A stretch of 64,000 nt of DNA from the human T2T-CHM13v2.0 reference genome, Homo sapiens, in the NCBI RefSeq assembly GCF_009914755.1, contig NC_060935.1; one strand, 5' to 3'. Below, piece after piece: positions 1 through 22,312 of this stretch. Position 1 is the first letter of the stretch. Every line of letters starts with the position of its first letter. The notes under the pieces were generated by a model, which ran no database searches, was not told where the DNA came from, and saw nothing but the letters and a program-made list of their open reading frames with translations. A program made the position numbers and the translations under genes.

Positions 1-4594
<4,594 letters not shown>

Positions 4595-5780
4595 GATGGA
4601 TTAAAGATTTAAATGTAAGAACTAAAACCATAAAAAACCCTAGAAGAAAACCTAGGCAATACCATTCAGGACATAGGCATGGGCAAAGACTTCATGACTA
4701 AAACACCAAAAGCAATTGCAACAAAAGCCAAAATTGACAAATGGGGTCTAATTAAACTAAAGAGCTTCTGCACAGCAAAAGAAATGATCATCAAAGTGAA
4801 CAGGCAACCTACAGAATGGAAGAAAATTTTTGCAATCTATCCATCTGACAAAGGGCTAATATCCAAAATCTGCAAGGAACTTAAACAAATTTACAAGAAA
4901 AAAAAAAACCTCATCAAAAAGTGGGCAAAGGATATGAACAGGCACTTCACAAAAGAAGACATTTATGTGGCCAACAAACATGTGAAAAAAAGCCCATCAT
5001 CACTAGTCATTGGAGAAATATGAATCAAAACCACAATGAGATACCATCTCATGCCAGTTAGAATGGTTATCATTAAAATGTCAGGAAACAACAGATGCCA
5101 GAGAGGATTTGGAGAAATAGGAACATTCTTACACTGTTGGTGGGAGTGTAAATTAGTTCAACCATTGTGGAAAACAACGTGGCAATTCCTCAAGGATCTA
5201 GAACCAGAAATACCATTTGACCCAGCTATCCCATTACTGGGTATATGCCCAAAGGATTATAAATCATTCTACTATAAAGACACATGTACATGTATGTTTA
5301 TTGCAGCACTATTCACAATAGCAAAGACTTGGAACCAACTCAAATGCCCATAAATGTTAGACTGGATAAAGAAAATGTGGCATATATACACCATGGAATA
5401 CTATGCAGTCATAAAAAAGAATGAGTTCATGTCCTTTGCAGGGACATGGATGAAGCTGGAAACAATCATTCTCAGCAAACTAACACAGGAACAGAAAACC
5501 AAACACTGCATGTTTTCACTCATCAGTAGGAGTTGAACAATGAGAACATATGGGCATAGGGAGGGGAAAATCACACACCAGGGCCTGTCATGGGGTGGGG
5601 TACAAAGGGAGGGATAACATTAGAAGAAATACCTAATGTAGACAATGGGTTGATGGGTGCAGCAAACCACCATGGCACATGTATGCCTATGTAACAAACC
5701 TGAACGTTCTGTACATGTATCCCAGAACTTAAAGTATAATAAAAAATAAATATGTAAATAAATAACAAATAAATAAATAA
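4595..5780 (+). mobile_element. Older LINE-1 3' end (L1PA7/8-like), host of the younger L1
   Basis: ORF2 C-terminal fragments (4679-5536) resume mid-ORF2 directly after the poly(A) of the first L1; older-type 3'UTR and A-rich tail near 5740-5780. Confidence 0.88.
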
Positions 5781-7649
5781 GAGTAAAGTATCAATTTGGT
5801 GGTGAAGTATAATGATCATAAGTAGAAAAATTCAATTGTGGGAAGGAAGGTGGCCCATTTTTCTTTCAGTTGCTTGTGGGCGGTAGAGGCATTCTTCAAG
5901 CACCTAATTAATACTTCCATTCTGGTTATCATTCTGCATTAGGATGGCCAGTGACCTTTTTTTCATTTACTGGTGCATTATAATATTTTTTCAAATTAAA
6001 TTTTATAAAAGAAAAAGAAACCAGTCTAAGACCTGATGATTATACTTTATGTCAGAAGGGAAATATTTGAAATTATGGAAAATCATATCTCCCAATTGTA
6101 TTAGAGCTCCTTCAGGACAGGCATACTCATAGCCCCTTGAAAGGAAGCTCTTTCAACAATCTTCCTCTAAGCAACATAGCTATCAATAATTTTGGATAGT
6201 CATCTTATATAAAACAAGACCTAATTAATTTATTGAATTAAGTTCCCTGGACCAGGTTCCTAGACCAAGGTGGTGCCTGAAACAAGGACAGATTATTCAT
6301 GTATCATCAGGTGATTTACAGGACAAATTGGCACAAAAATCACTATGGAAAGAGGTATCCAACTGTACTCCTTCAGCTGCTCTTGCAAAAGTCCACACTC
6401 ATTCCCAAGCAGCATGCCTCTAAACATGTGAACTAGTCTATCTCCTATAACTTCCTCTTATATACATTCTGCCTAGTGTTACCCCTTCATCTATCACTTG
6501 CATTTATGAATCTTATAATCTGAGCTGGGAACTAAAACATATGAAAGAGGTTCTAGATTCCTACTTTTACCACTACCAACTCAAGCATCTAATATAAGTC
6601 AAGTGTTTGACAGCAGCAGTTGTAGAAACTAGTCACCAACCTAAATTATGTCATTCAAAGGCACCAGGGACCTTCAATAGGCACATTCAGAGAGCCTCTG
6701 AATGGACTTCTACTTTCCATGTTATAATCTGTAAAGGGAAATCAGTGGATGCCTTGTCAGCAAGAGATTCACATTTCTTTTGTTTGTTCCTCTCCAGTTT
6801 TTACAATCCTCCAATTACTGACACTATTCCTCTCAAATTTGCTATCTGACATTTGTCCTTGGATGTGGCACTGGTATTTCATTAACAGATACTAGGTCCA
6901 GGTGAAGATGAGACTGCTCACATGCACTTCCTTAAACATGGCTCTCAAGTACAGTTTCTCTCCATTTGTAAACCTGTGAACTAAACAGATAAGCTTTCTG
7001 TCCCCTACACATTACTCAGACAGTGGAGTGATGAGCATAGTATAACCAACACATACATTTTTATTCAAAGAGATGTAATGCAAAGTACAGAGAAGTCATT
7101 GATCCAGAACAGTTCTGAAACCCAGCTGGGCAAATGTTGCAGGTTCCATGACTAAGACTCATCCATATCTTCCCCAAGAGTTGTTCTATATGACTCCTGG
7201 CTACATCCTCCCAGCTCTTTGTTCTGCCTTCTAAGTCATCCTTTCATTTTCATTAAAACTGACGTATAGCTGAAGACATAGTTTTCTCAGCCTGATTCTT
7301 ATCAGTAATGTTTGAAGATCCAATGGTCTGTTTTCATTGCCTGCTCTCTCTGTCCATTTCTGTCCAAACTGGTAGTGTTTCTCCTGATATAATTCTATTA
7401 AAAATTTCCTGGGTCTCCTTTGAATCTTTTTGGAGGGTCTGCTCATTAAATAAAAGACATCTAAAAATCTTCCCAAGTAAGCCCATCTCTTCATTATGCT
7501 TCTATCAAGAAACAATGCCCTTAAGCTTCTTAAAAGTGATGTTTTTATTGAAAGAATCTGTGAGTCATGACATCGAAATATTTAGAGAACCTTTTGAACT
7601 GAGTAATAATCTGGGGCATCATGTAAGACAGCTTTGATGTTTTAACAAA

Positions 7650-8405
<756 letters not shown>

Positions 8406-8849
8406 TTTAACAATGGTTTTTTTTTTAACATTCAACTCCCAACTTATTCATGTTTGACATTTCCTTCTTTTCTCTCTTTGCTTGCATTTTACTCTAAGCA
8501 GCAATATGAAATCAGGCTGTATTTTTAGTGCTTTACCCAGAAATTCCCCAACAACACCCAGTTCATTAGGCATGTTTTCTGCGTTCCACATACCATATGG
8601 AAGAATATTGCTAAACATCTGCCATTCATAACAAGAAGTCCTTTCCTCCAGTTTCCATGTTTTTCACATTGCTTTAAGTCTCACTCACAACTGCCTAAAA
8701 ATCACATAATGCTTCTAAAAATATTTTCAAGGCTGTTCAAGCTTTATATAACTTTCTCATCAAAATCTTTCTAGTTGCAGACCACTGCCTGCTTCCAAAC
8801 CACTTTCACGTGTGCAGATATTATTAGGATAGCACTCTGCTCCTAGTAT

Positions 8850-9360
8850 GAAGAGATGTATGAATTACTTATCACTGCAAAACAAATCATCCCAATACCT
8901 AGCCACTTATACCACAAACATTTACCTCACACAGTTTCTGAAGGTCTAGCATCCTAAAGCAACTTAGCCAGATACCTCTGGTTCAAGGTCTTTTATGATG
9001 TTGCAGTCAAGGTGTCAGCAGGGGTTGAATTTGTCTAAAGGACTGACTGGTGCTGGAGGATCTGCTTCAAGATGGCTCACTCTCTAGCTGCTGTTGGAAG
9101 AAGGCTTCAGTTCCTTGCCACAAAGGCCTGTCCTCAGGGAATGTCCTCATGGTATGGCATCTTGCTTTCCTAGGAGTAAATAACCCAAGAGGCAGAGCAC
9201 CCTGCCTTCTTATGACTGTCTGCAAAGCCACACACCATCACTTCTGTTTTGTTCAGTTACTCAGAAGTGAGTCACCACATCCAGCCCACACTCAAGTAGA
9301 AGAGAATTAAGCTCTAATTTTTAAAGACAGGATTATTAAACTATAAGTGCATATATTTCT
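8850..9360 (-). mobile_element. MaLR LTR (MLT1-like) remnant
   Basis: MLT1-type phrases (aaacatttacctcacacagtttctg; gttgcagtcaaggtgtcagc; ggatctgcttcaagatggctcact). Confidence 0.55.
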
Positions 9361-10297
9361 TTTCAAAACCACAAACTGCATCACTGTTCAACTTCTACCT
9401 TTGCCCAGTCTTGTGTTCCTTATATGCTTACAAATGTTGGTTCTAAGAGCACCCGAAAAAAACCTTCCTGCATGTACATTTCTGCCTCAGACTCTCTTTC
9501 TCAGTGAACCAACCCAAAGAAACCTATGGCAATGGCTAACAAAACACAGCAATGCTTTGTGCAAAATAGATGGGCTACCAACAAGAGTATTACTATTATA
9601 TACAATCAAAAGAAGTCAGGAAAGATAATCAACAATTTGAGGGCAGATTGCCCCATAAAAAATTATGGTTTCTTTTTTAATTTCCACATCAGAGCCGGGT
9701 CTCAGAACCCAAAGCCACTGGATGAAGGAGAAGTTGTATCCCTAGAAGGAAGACCTCTGAAACACCAGAGTAATTGCATATTTAAATGATTCCTCCAGAC
9801 CTTCCCAAAGAAATCTATGCCATTTACTTGCATGAACATGCACTGGAAACATTCTGAGGACTGCTGAGCACAGAGTTCATGGTGGCATAAATATTCAGGG
9901 ACTCAAAGAGTCATCATGCTGCCATTTTAAAGCAGGAGTTTTGGGAGTGACATAATAGAGGATCACAACCAAGGCCTCAAAGGAGTTATTCCCCCATTCC
10001 TTCCTGAATAATGGGATTCACCATACTTGATGACGTGCAGAACACCCACAGGTCCTTGACCTGTGGAATAAGAACTACCAAGGTGAAAAAAGTCAAGTGG
10101 ACACAAGAAAACTGTATCTCACTCCCTCCTAAAATAGTAAATCAAAAATAACAGTGTGTTCCTAGTGAATAACAACTTTTCTACCCTTAAAAGCTTAAAG
10201 TACACAGGGGTTGTAGTCTCCAGTATGTCTCCATCTAATTGCTTGGAGGGCCAGACTTAAGTCCATTTGAGTCTGGCCCTACAAATAATTGACAGAT

Positions 10298-10530
10298 TGT
10301 CTTAGTCTATTTAGTGTTGCTATAATAGAATATGTGAGGCTAAGTAATTTATAAAGAGAAGAGGTTTATTTAGCACCCAGTTTTGTGGGTTAGCAAGTTC
10401 AAGGGTCTTACCATGGCTTCTGGCAAGGGCTTTCATGTTGCATCCTAATATGACAGAGAAGGACAAAGAGGAAATGCACATGTTTGAAGAAACAAAACCC
10501 AAGGGGCACCCTGACTTGTAACAACCATCT
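10298..10530 (-). mobile_element. MaLR LTR (MST/MLT1A-like) fragment
   Basis: Starts tgtcttagtctatttagtgttgctataatagaata...taatttataaagagaagaggtttattt, typical of a MaLR LTR 3' end read antisense. Confidence 0.55.
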
Positions 10531-13034
10531 CAGCTCCAGAGCTCCCCATAGCTTGGCCTTTGCTGTAACTGCATCACAGTTCAGCTTCTCCCTCTGCCCA
10601 ATCCTGTTCCTCCACCTTCCCCAGTAAATTTCATGCCCACAAACCTCAGACTCAGAGTCTGTTTCGCAGGGAGCCTGGTCAGTAGATTCTGTATAATGTT
10701 GGACTGAAATGAAACTATAAAAACTGAAAACCCCAAAACACATATTTCCTGTAGAGAAGGGGAAGATCTGTTAACAGGTTCTACCCATGTGTCTCACTAC
10801 GAAACTTCTTTAAGGAATTCCAGCCATGAAGCTAGACAGAAGGACCAGCTGTTGTTCATTAGAGCATATTCTGGGTACTGTTGGAAGAAAAAGAGCAAGG
10901 AACTAAGATTGTGAGGTGTACCATGGTCCTGTGCTGTTTCCATCCACCTGACACCTTCACTTCCTTCACCACAATGATCACATGGCTCTGGAGAACTGAC
11001 CAATCACGTTATTTTGAAGCTTATGTTATGAAGCCCTAAATCCATCTGTACTGTTTTCTACTCCAGGATTTGATAGTCACTTAAACCAGGAAGTTCCTCA
11101 CTTTGCTTAAGGTATTTTGTTTGCTGTCCCTTGCAACTAAGAGAGTCCTAACACAGGTCTACTTGTTAGCCCTGGGAATTCCTAGAGAGATTAGACTAAT
11201 GAAGCCTCTAACAGGTTCATTTCTCATATTTGGAAATAGACAGATCACTAAAGCCACACACACCCTTTTCTTTCTATACTTTTCTTAATATCATACATCT
11301 GCCAGGCTCCTTGTGTTAAGAGTCTGGGTGTATGTTCTTGATGGACAAGCCCTGATGAGCCTTGCCCACACCCCTTTCCAAGCCCAGCCTTGTAGAGCAG
11401 TAGTCCTAAGTGTGAGCCGCCAAAACCCTGTTTAATCAATGATCTATAGGCAGTTATCAGAGTGCTGTTCTCCTGTTGCCCCGTGAAGTGACAGGGCTTT
11501 GGGGAATGTGCTCAGGGCTGCAGTGGACCCCTCTCCACAGGGTACAGAGGTATGGAAGAACAGAGTCCTTGGCATCTGCATTTGAGCAAGACACAGAAAT
11601 TTCTTGTTATATTTCCCTCAGCTGAGATGGTGGTAAAGTTTGCTACCACTACAGTTGTGTCAGACTGGGCTCCCTGAGACATTAAAGCTGCCCTCTTGAT
11701 AGGTTTCACTATCCAGGCAAGTTCTGCCACAGCCACAAAGTTGGCAGTCTCTGTGCTACATCAATACCAAAAGACTAATTAACACTAAGGAGTTTCTGAG
11801 GTTCCACAGATTTCTACTTCCTCCCTGGACTGAATTCTCACCCCAGCCCTCATAAACAAGACACGCCTTCTTGCTTCCACTCTTGTAAGCAGAAATTGAA
11901 TGTGGGTAATCAAAACTCAGTGTCTATACCCTGCAGACAACTACCATCCCAAGGGTGCCAACAATCAGTTTTGTAAGTTTATCCTACTCACTGATATATG
12001 CTACTACTCACCTGATAGTGGGATTATATGCAGTTGACTCTGCCCCTGCTAGAGAGCCCTGTGGATGGCACAGCCCTTTGCCATGGCCCAAATTGTCTCT
12101 ATTGTGATGCATCATTGGTCCTTAATTACCCATTTCCTCTGCTTTTCTCTTGGTCCATTGTGAATCAGCACTTTATTTCAGTTTCCTTATTCTATAAATG
12201 TTCACTCAGTTAAAGCACCGCCAAAGCTGGTTGAAGGGGGAGTCTGTTGAAAAGGGCCACAAAGTCTGCAATAGTAGAAATAATGGAGATGAACCCATAG
12301 CCATGGAGTGAGGGAATATCCTCATCGAGTTGTTTCTAAAATGTGCAAAACAGTGCCTGGCACAGTGGGAACACTTGAATGTCACCACTGTTGTCATTAT
12401 TTTATTCCTACTGACTCTGTTGGCAAAGCATGTCAATGAAGGCTTCCAATCTAACAGGTGCCTCTGCAGCTTTCAATCGGAGCTGCTGCATTTATTTTAT
12501 CCCTTTTTCACATTGGACAGCTCAGTGGTACACTCCAGAAGATGGGGTTCTGCTGCAAAAGAAAAGTGTAGCTCTGGAAAATCAGTGGAGGCTACAGTTC
12601 CTCATCTTTCCAACACAGAACCTACAGCCAACTCTGACCACAGCTCATGGGTTCAGGCAAAGCTGGGGGCAGCCACCTTTCATTAGGACAAAAAGACAGG
12701 AAACCTGTGGCATCCACTTATTTGTTTTCAAAAGCCCTTCTTTTTGAAGCAAAGCTTCTTTTTGAAGTACCAAAAATTAATCATTTACAAAGCATCCCCC
12801 ATATTTTTATAAACTCAGAAATGTTTTAGCTTTGAAGTTGAAATTTAATATTTTTTAAACAAATGTAAAAATTGATCTTTTTATATTTCACCTAGAAAAC
12901 TGAATAAGCTGAATTACCAGGAATATTTTTTTCACTTTCATTTTTAAGTAAAAACTTTGCAACGGAAAACAAAATAGTACGTAGAAATATTTTGTAAACT
13001 ATAAGGTATTTTGAAAACACTAATTACATGTTGT

Positions 13035-15894
<2,860 letters not shown>

Positions 15895-16347
15895 TGTCAG
15901 GCCTCTGAGACTAAGCTAAGCCATCATATCCCCTGTGACCTACATGTATACATCCAGATGGCCTGAAGTAACTGAAGAATCACAAAAGAAGTGATATTTA
16001 AATGGCCTGTTCCTGCCTTAACTGATGACATTCAACTGCAAAAGAAGTGCAAATGGCCAGTCCTTGCCTTAACTGATGACATTAGCTTCTGAAATTCCTT
16101 CTGGCTCATCCTGGCTCAAAAAGCTCCCTGACTGAGCACCTTGTGACCCCCACTCCTGTCTGCCAGAGAACCCCCCTTTGACTTTAATTTTCCTTTACCT
16201 ACCCAAATCTTATAAAACAGCCCCACCCTTATCTCCCTTCGCTGACTCTCTTTTCAGACTCAGCCTGCCTGCACCCAGGTGAAATAAACAGCCTCATTGT
16301 TCACACAAAGCCTGTTTGGTGGTCTCTTCACACAGAAGCGAGTGAAA
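15895..16347 (+). promoter_or_regulatory. HERV-H 5' LTR7 (453 bp)
   Basis: TATAAAA at 16211-16217, AATAAA at 16283-16288, followed by the PBS. Confidence 0.93.
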
Positions 16348-16350
16348 TTT

Positions 16351-16368
16351 TGGTGCCATGACTTGGAC
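16351..16368 (+). other. Primer-binding site for tRNA-His
   Basis: TGGTGCCATGACTTGGAC, near-match to TGGTGCCGTGACTCGGAT, just 3' of the 5' LTR. Confidence 0.88.
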
Positions 16369-16754
16369 CAGGGGACCTCCCTTGTGAGATCAATCCCCTG
16401 TCCTTCTGCTCTTTGATCCGTGAGAAAGATCCACCTATGACCTCAGGTCCTCCGACTGACCAGCCCAAGGAACATCACACCAATTTTAAATCCAGTAAGC
16501 GACCTCTTTCTACTCTCTTCTCCAACCTCTCTCACTATCCCTCAACCTCTTTCTCCTTTCAATCTTGGCACCACACTTCAATCTCTCCCTTCTCTTAATT
16601 TCAGTTCCTTTCCTTTTCTTGTAGAAACAGGAGATGCATTTTATCCGTGGACCCAAAACTCCAGCACCGGTCACAGACTCAGGAAGACAGTCTTCCCTTG
16701 GTGTTTAATCATACGCGGATGCCTGCCTGATTATTCACCCACATTTCAGAGGTG

Positions 16755-16945
16755 TCTGACCCCTGACCCCTTCTCTCCATTTCTCTACCCCTTCTCCACT
16801 TTTATGGGGGGCAAGAACACCCCCAACCCCTTCTCTCCATGTCTCTACCCCTTCTCCACTTTTCTGGGGGACAATAACCCCCTGACCACTTCTCTCCATG
16901 TTTCTTGGGGAGCAAGCACCCCCCACCCCTTCTCTCTGTGTCTCT
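16755..16945 (+). repeat. Pyrimidine-rich tandem repeats of the HERV-H leader
   Basis: Repeated unit ccccttctctccat(g/t)tctctaccccttctccactttt...ggggg. Confidence 0.7.
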
Positions 16946-17043
16946 ACTCTCTCTTTTCTCTGGGCTTGCCTCCTTCACTATGGGTAGGCTTCCACCCTCC
17001 ATTCCTCCTTCTCCCTTAGCCTGTGTTCTTAAGAACTTAAAAC

Positions 17044-17459
17044 TGTCAGGCCTCTGAGCCCAAGCTAAGCCATCATATCACCTGTGACCTGCAAGTACAT
17101 ATCCAGATGTCTGGTTCCTGCCTTAACTGATGACATTCCACCACAAAAGAAGTTAAAATGGCTTGTTCCTGCCTTAACTGATGACATTACCTTGTGAAAT
17201 TCCTTCTCCTGGCTCATCCTGGCTCAAAAGCTCCCCCACTGAGCACCTTGTGACCCCCACCCCTGCCAGCCGGAGAACAACCCCCCTACTTTGACTGCAA
17301 TTTTCCTTTACCTACCCAAATCTTATAAAATGGCCCCACCCCATCTCCCTTTGCTGACTCTCTTTTCAGACTCAGCCCACATGCACTCAGGTGAAATAAA
17401 CAGCCTTGTTGCTCACACAAAGCCTGTTTGGTGGTCTCTTCACATGGATGCAAGTGAAA
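17044..17459 (+). mobile_element. Solo LTR7 nested in the HERV-H leader
   Basis: Complete LTR (TGTCAGGCC...TGAAA, 416 bp) flanked by AAAAC at 17039-17043 and 17461-17465; no PBS after it and no PPT before it. Confidence 0.92.
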
Positions 17460-20414
17460 AAAAACCTCTTCAACTCACACATGACCTAAAACCTAAATGC
17501 CTTATTTTCTTCTGCAACACCCCTTGACCCCAATACAAACTCGACAGTGGTTCCAAATAGCCAGAAAACGGCACTTTCAATTTTTCCATCCTACAAAATC
17601 TACATAATTCTTGTCATAAAATGGGCAAATGGTCTGAGGTTCCTGATGTCCAGGCATTCTTTTACACATCGGTCCCTCCATAGTCTCTGCTCCCAATGCA
17701 ACTCATCCCAAATCTTGCTTCTTTCCCTCCCACCTGTCCCCTCAGTCCCAACCCAAAGCATCACTGAGTGTTTCCAATCTTCCTTTTCTACAGACACATC
17801 TGACCTCTCCCCAGGCTGCCCCTCACCAGGCCGAGCTAGGTCCCAATTCTTCCTCAGCCTCTGCTCCCCTACCCTATAATCCTTTTTATCACCTCCCCTC
17901 CTCACACCCGGTCCAGTTTACAGTTTCATTCTGTGACTAGCCCTCCCCCACCTGCCCAGCAATTTCCTCTTAAAAAGGTGGCTGGAGCTAAAGGCATAGT
18001 CAAGGTTAATGCTCCTTTTTCTTTATCCCAAATCAGATAGCATTTAGGCTGTTTTTCATCAAATATAAAAACGCAGCCTAGTTCATGGCTCGTTTGGCAG
18101 CAACCCTGAGATGCTTTACAGCCCTAGCCCCTAAAAGGTCAAAAGGTCATCTTATTCTCAATATACATTTTATTGCCCAATCCGCTCCCGACATTAAATA
18201 AAAGTACAAAAACTAAATTCTGGCCCTCAAACCCCACAACAGGACTTAATTAACCTTACCTTCAAGGTGTATAATAATAAAGTAGAGGCAGCTAAGTAGC
18301 AATGTATTTCTAAGTTGCAATTCCTTGCCTCCACTGTGAGACAAACCCCAGCCATATCTCCAGTACACAAGAACTCCAAACGCCTGAACCACAGCTGCCA
18401 GGGTTTCCTCCAGAACCTCCTCCCCCAGGAGCTTGCTACAAGTGATGGAAATCTGGCCACTGGGCCAAGGAATGCCCACAGCCCAGGATTCCTCCAAAGC
18501 CATGTCCCATCTGTGAAGGACCCCACTGAAAATCAGACTGTTCAACTCACCTGGCAGCCACTTCCAAAGCCCCTGGAACTCTGGCCCAAGGTTCTCTGAC
18601 TGACTCCTTCCCAGATCTTCTAGGCTTAGCAGCTGAAGACTGACACTGCCTAATCACCTTAGAAGCCTACAGGACCATCACAGATGCTCTAGGTAACTCT
18701 CAGAGTGGAGGGTAAGTCCATCCCCTTCTTAATCAATACGGAGGCTACCCACTCCACATTACCTTCTTTTCAAGGGCCTGTTTCCCTTGCCTCCATAACT
18801 TTTGTAGATATTGATGGCCAGGCTTCTAAACCTCTTAAAACTCCCCAACTCTTATGCCAACTTAGAAAATACTCTTTTAAGCACTCCTTTATAGTTATCC
18901 CCACCTGCCCAGTTCCCTTATTAGGCCGAGATATTTTAACTAAATTATCTGCTTCCCTGACTATTCCTGGGCTACAGCCACACCTTATTGCCACCTTTTC
19001 CCCCAGTTCAAAGACTCCTTCACATCCTCCCCTTGTATCTCCCCACCTTAATCCACAAGTATAGGATGCCTCTACTCCCTCCTTGGTGACCGATCATGCA
19101 CCCCTTACCATCTCATTAAAACCTAATCACCCTTACCCTGCTCAATGCCAATATCCCATCCTGCAGCATGCTTTAAAAGGATTAAAGCCTGTTATCACTC
19201 ACCTGCTACAGCATGGCCTTTTAGAGCCTATAAACTCTTCTTACAATTCCCCCATTTTACCTGTCCTAAAACCAGACAAGCCTTACAGGTTAGTTCAGGA
19301 TCTGCGCCTTATCAACCAAATTGTTTTGCCTATCCACCCCATGGTGCCAAACCCATATACTCTCCTATCCTCAATACCTCCCTCTACTACCCATTATTCT
19401 GTTCTGGATCTCAAACATACTTTCTTTACTATTCCTTTGCACCCTTCATCCCAGCCTCTCTTTGCTTTCACTTGGACTGACCCTGACACCCATTAGGCTC
19501 AGCAAATTACCTGGGCTGTACTGCTGCAAGGCTTCACAGACAGCCCCCATTACTTCAGTCAAGCCCAAATTTCTTCCTCATCTGTTACCTATCTCGGCAT
19601 AATTCTCATAAAAACACACGTGCTCTCCCTGCTGATCCTGTCCAGCTGATCTCCCAAACCCCAATCCCTTCTACAAAACAACAACTCCTTTCCATCCTAG
19701 GCATGGTTAATGCAGTCAGAATTCTCACACAAGAGCCAGGACCGTACCCTGTAGCCTTTCTGTCCAAACAACTTGACCTTACTGTTTTAGCCTAGCCCTC
19801 ATGTCTGCATGCAGTGGCTGCCACTGCCTTAATACTTTTAGAGGCCCTAAAAATCACAAACTATGCTCAACTCACTCTCTACAGTTCTAATAACTTCTGA
19901 AATCTATTTTCTTCCTCATACCTGACGCATATACTTTCTGCTCCCCAGCTCCTTCAGCTGTACTCACTCTTTGTTGAGTCTCCCACAGTTACCATTGTTC
20001 CTGGCCCGGACTTCAATCCAGCCTCCCACATTATTCCAGATACCACACCTGACCCTCATGACTGTATCTCTCTGATCCACCTGACATTCACCCCATTTCC
20101 CCATATTTCCTTCTTCCCTGTTCCTTACCCTGATCACATTTAGTTTATTGATGGTAGTTCCCCCAGGCCTAATCGCCACACACCAGCAAAGGCAGGCTAT
20201 GCTATAGTAAAAGCCACCAGCCCGCCTCTTAGAACGTCTCATTTTCTTTCCATCATGGAAACCTATCCTCAAGGAAATAACTTCTCAGTGTTCCATCTGC
20301 TATTCTGCTACTCCTCAGGGATTATTCAAGCCCCCTCCCTTCCCTACACATCAAGCTCGGGGACTTGCCACTGCCCAGGACTGGCAACTCTTAACTCCCT
20401 CTTAGAGAGGATAG

Positions 20415-22151
20415 ATGATCTTTGCTGGCAGGGGACCCTCCAATACTTTCACCCTGATGAAGTTCTATTCTTTACTTTTATACTCACTCTTATCCTCATT
20501 CCCATTCTTATGCCACCCTCTACCTCTCCCCAGCTACCTCCACCACACTATCAACCTCACTCATTCTCTCCTAGCTGTTTCTAATCCCTCCTTAGTGAAC
20601 AACTGCTGGCTTTGCATTTCCCTTTCTTCCAGCGCCTACACAGCTGTCCTCACCTTACATGCAGACTAGGCAACATCTCCTGTCTCCCTACACTCTGAAC
20701 TTCCTTTAACAGCCCTCACCTTTACCCTCCAGAAGAACTCATTTACTTTCTAGACAGGTCCAGCAAGACCTCCCCAGACATTTCATATCAGCAAGCTGCC
20801 GCCCTCCTCCGCACTTACTTAAAAAACCTTTCTCCTTATATCAACTCTACTCCCCCCATATTTAGATCTCTCACAACACAAACTACTATTCCTGTGGCCA
20901 CTCCTTTATGTATATCTTGGCAAAGACCCACTGGAATTCCCCTAGGTAACCTTTCACCTTCTTGATGTTCCTTTACTCTTCATCTCCAAAGCCCAACTAC
21001 GCACATCACTGAAACAACTGGAGCCTTCTAGCTCTGTATTACAGACAAGCCCTCTATCAATACTGGCAAACTTAAAAACATTAGCAGTAATTATTGCTTA
21101 GGAAGACACTTACCCAGTATTTCACTCCATTCTTGGCTACCTTCCCCTTGCTCGTCAGACTCTCCTCCCAGGCCCTCTTCTTGTTTGCTTATACCCAGCC
21201 CCGTAAATAACAGTAAAAGTTTGCTCATAGACACTCAACGTTTTCTCCTACACCATGAAAATCAAACCTTCCCCTCTACGCTGTTACCCCATTAGTCCCC
21301 ATTACAACCTCTGATGGCTGCCGCCCTAGCTCGATCCCTAGGAGTCTAGGTAAAAGACACCCCTTTCAGCCCTCCTTCTCATCTTTTTACTTTGCGTCTC
21401 CAGTTTTGCCTCACACAAGGTCTCTTCTTCCTCTGTGGATCCTCTACCTACATGTGTCTACCTGCTAATTGGACAGGCACATGCACACTAGTTTTCCTTA
21501 CCCCCAAAATTCAATTTGCAAATAGAACCAAAGAGTTCCCTGTTCCCCTCATGACACCAACATGACAAAAAAGAGTTATTCCACTAATTCCCTTGCTTGT
21601 CGGTTTAGGACTTTCTGCCTCCCCTATTGCTCTCGGTACTGCAATAACAGGCATTTCAACCTCTGTCATGACCTTCTGTAGCGTCTCTAATGACTTCTCT
21701 GCTAGCATCACAGACATATCACAAACTTTATCAGTCCTCCAGGCCTAAGTTGACTCTTTAGCTGCAGTTGTCCTCCAAAACCGCTGAGGCCTTGACTTAC
21801 TCACTACTGAAAAAGGAAGACTGTATATTCTTAAATGAAGAGTGTTGTTTTTACCTAAATCAATCTGGCCTGGTGTATGACAACATAAAAAAACTCAAGG
21901 ATAGAGCCCAAAAACTTGCCAACCAAGCAAGTAATTATGCTGAACCCCCTTAGGCACTCTCTAATTAGACGTCCTAGGTCCTCCCAATTCTTAGTCCTTT
22001 AATACCTGTTTTTCTCCTTCTCTTATTCCATTTAATTTTTCAATTCATGCAAAACCGTATCCAGGCCATCACCAATAATTCTACACGACAAATGTTTCTT
22101 CTAACAACCCCACAATATCACCCCTTACCACAAAATCTTCCTTCAGCTTAA
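20415..22151 (+). pseudogene. HERV-H env, near full length but with many stops and frameshifts
   Basis: Starts MIFAGRGPSNT...NNCWLC; degenerate furin site/fusion peptide (QKRVIPLIP) near 21565; ISD LQNR*GLDLLT near 21773; EECCFYLNQSG; ends ...LPSA* at 22151. Confidence 0.9.
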
Positions 22152-22312
22152 TCTCTCACACTCTAGGTTCCCACGCCACCCCTAATCCCGCTCGAAGCAG
22201 CCCCGACAGACATCGTCCATTATCTCTCCATACCACCCCCAAAAATTTTCACCGCCCCAACACTTCAACACTATTATGTTTTATTTTCCTTATTAATATA
22301 AGAAGAGAGGAA

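Noticed and set aside
11512-11736. 74-aa minus-strand ORF as a possible pseudogene fragment
   Set aside because: Non-ATG start and no family I can recognise; a BLAST search would be needed to say more.
16000-16090. Direct repeats (gccttaactgatgacatt) with short spacers resembling a CRISPR array
   Set aside because: These are the normal U3 repeats of LTR7, two per LTR, in eukaryotic DNA with no cas genes.
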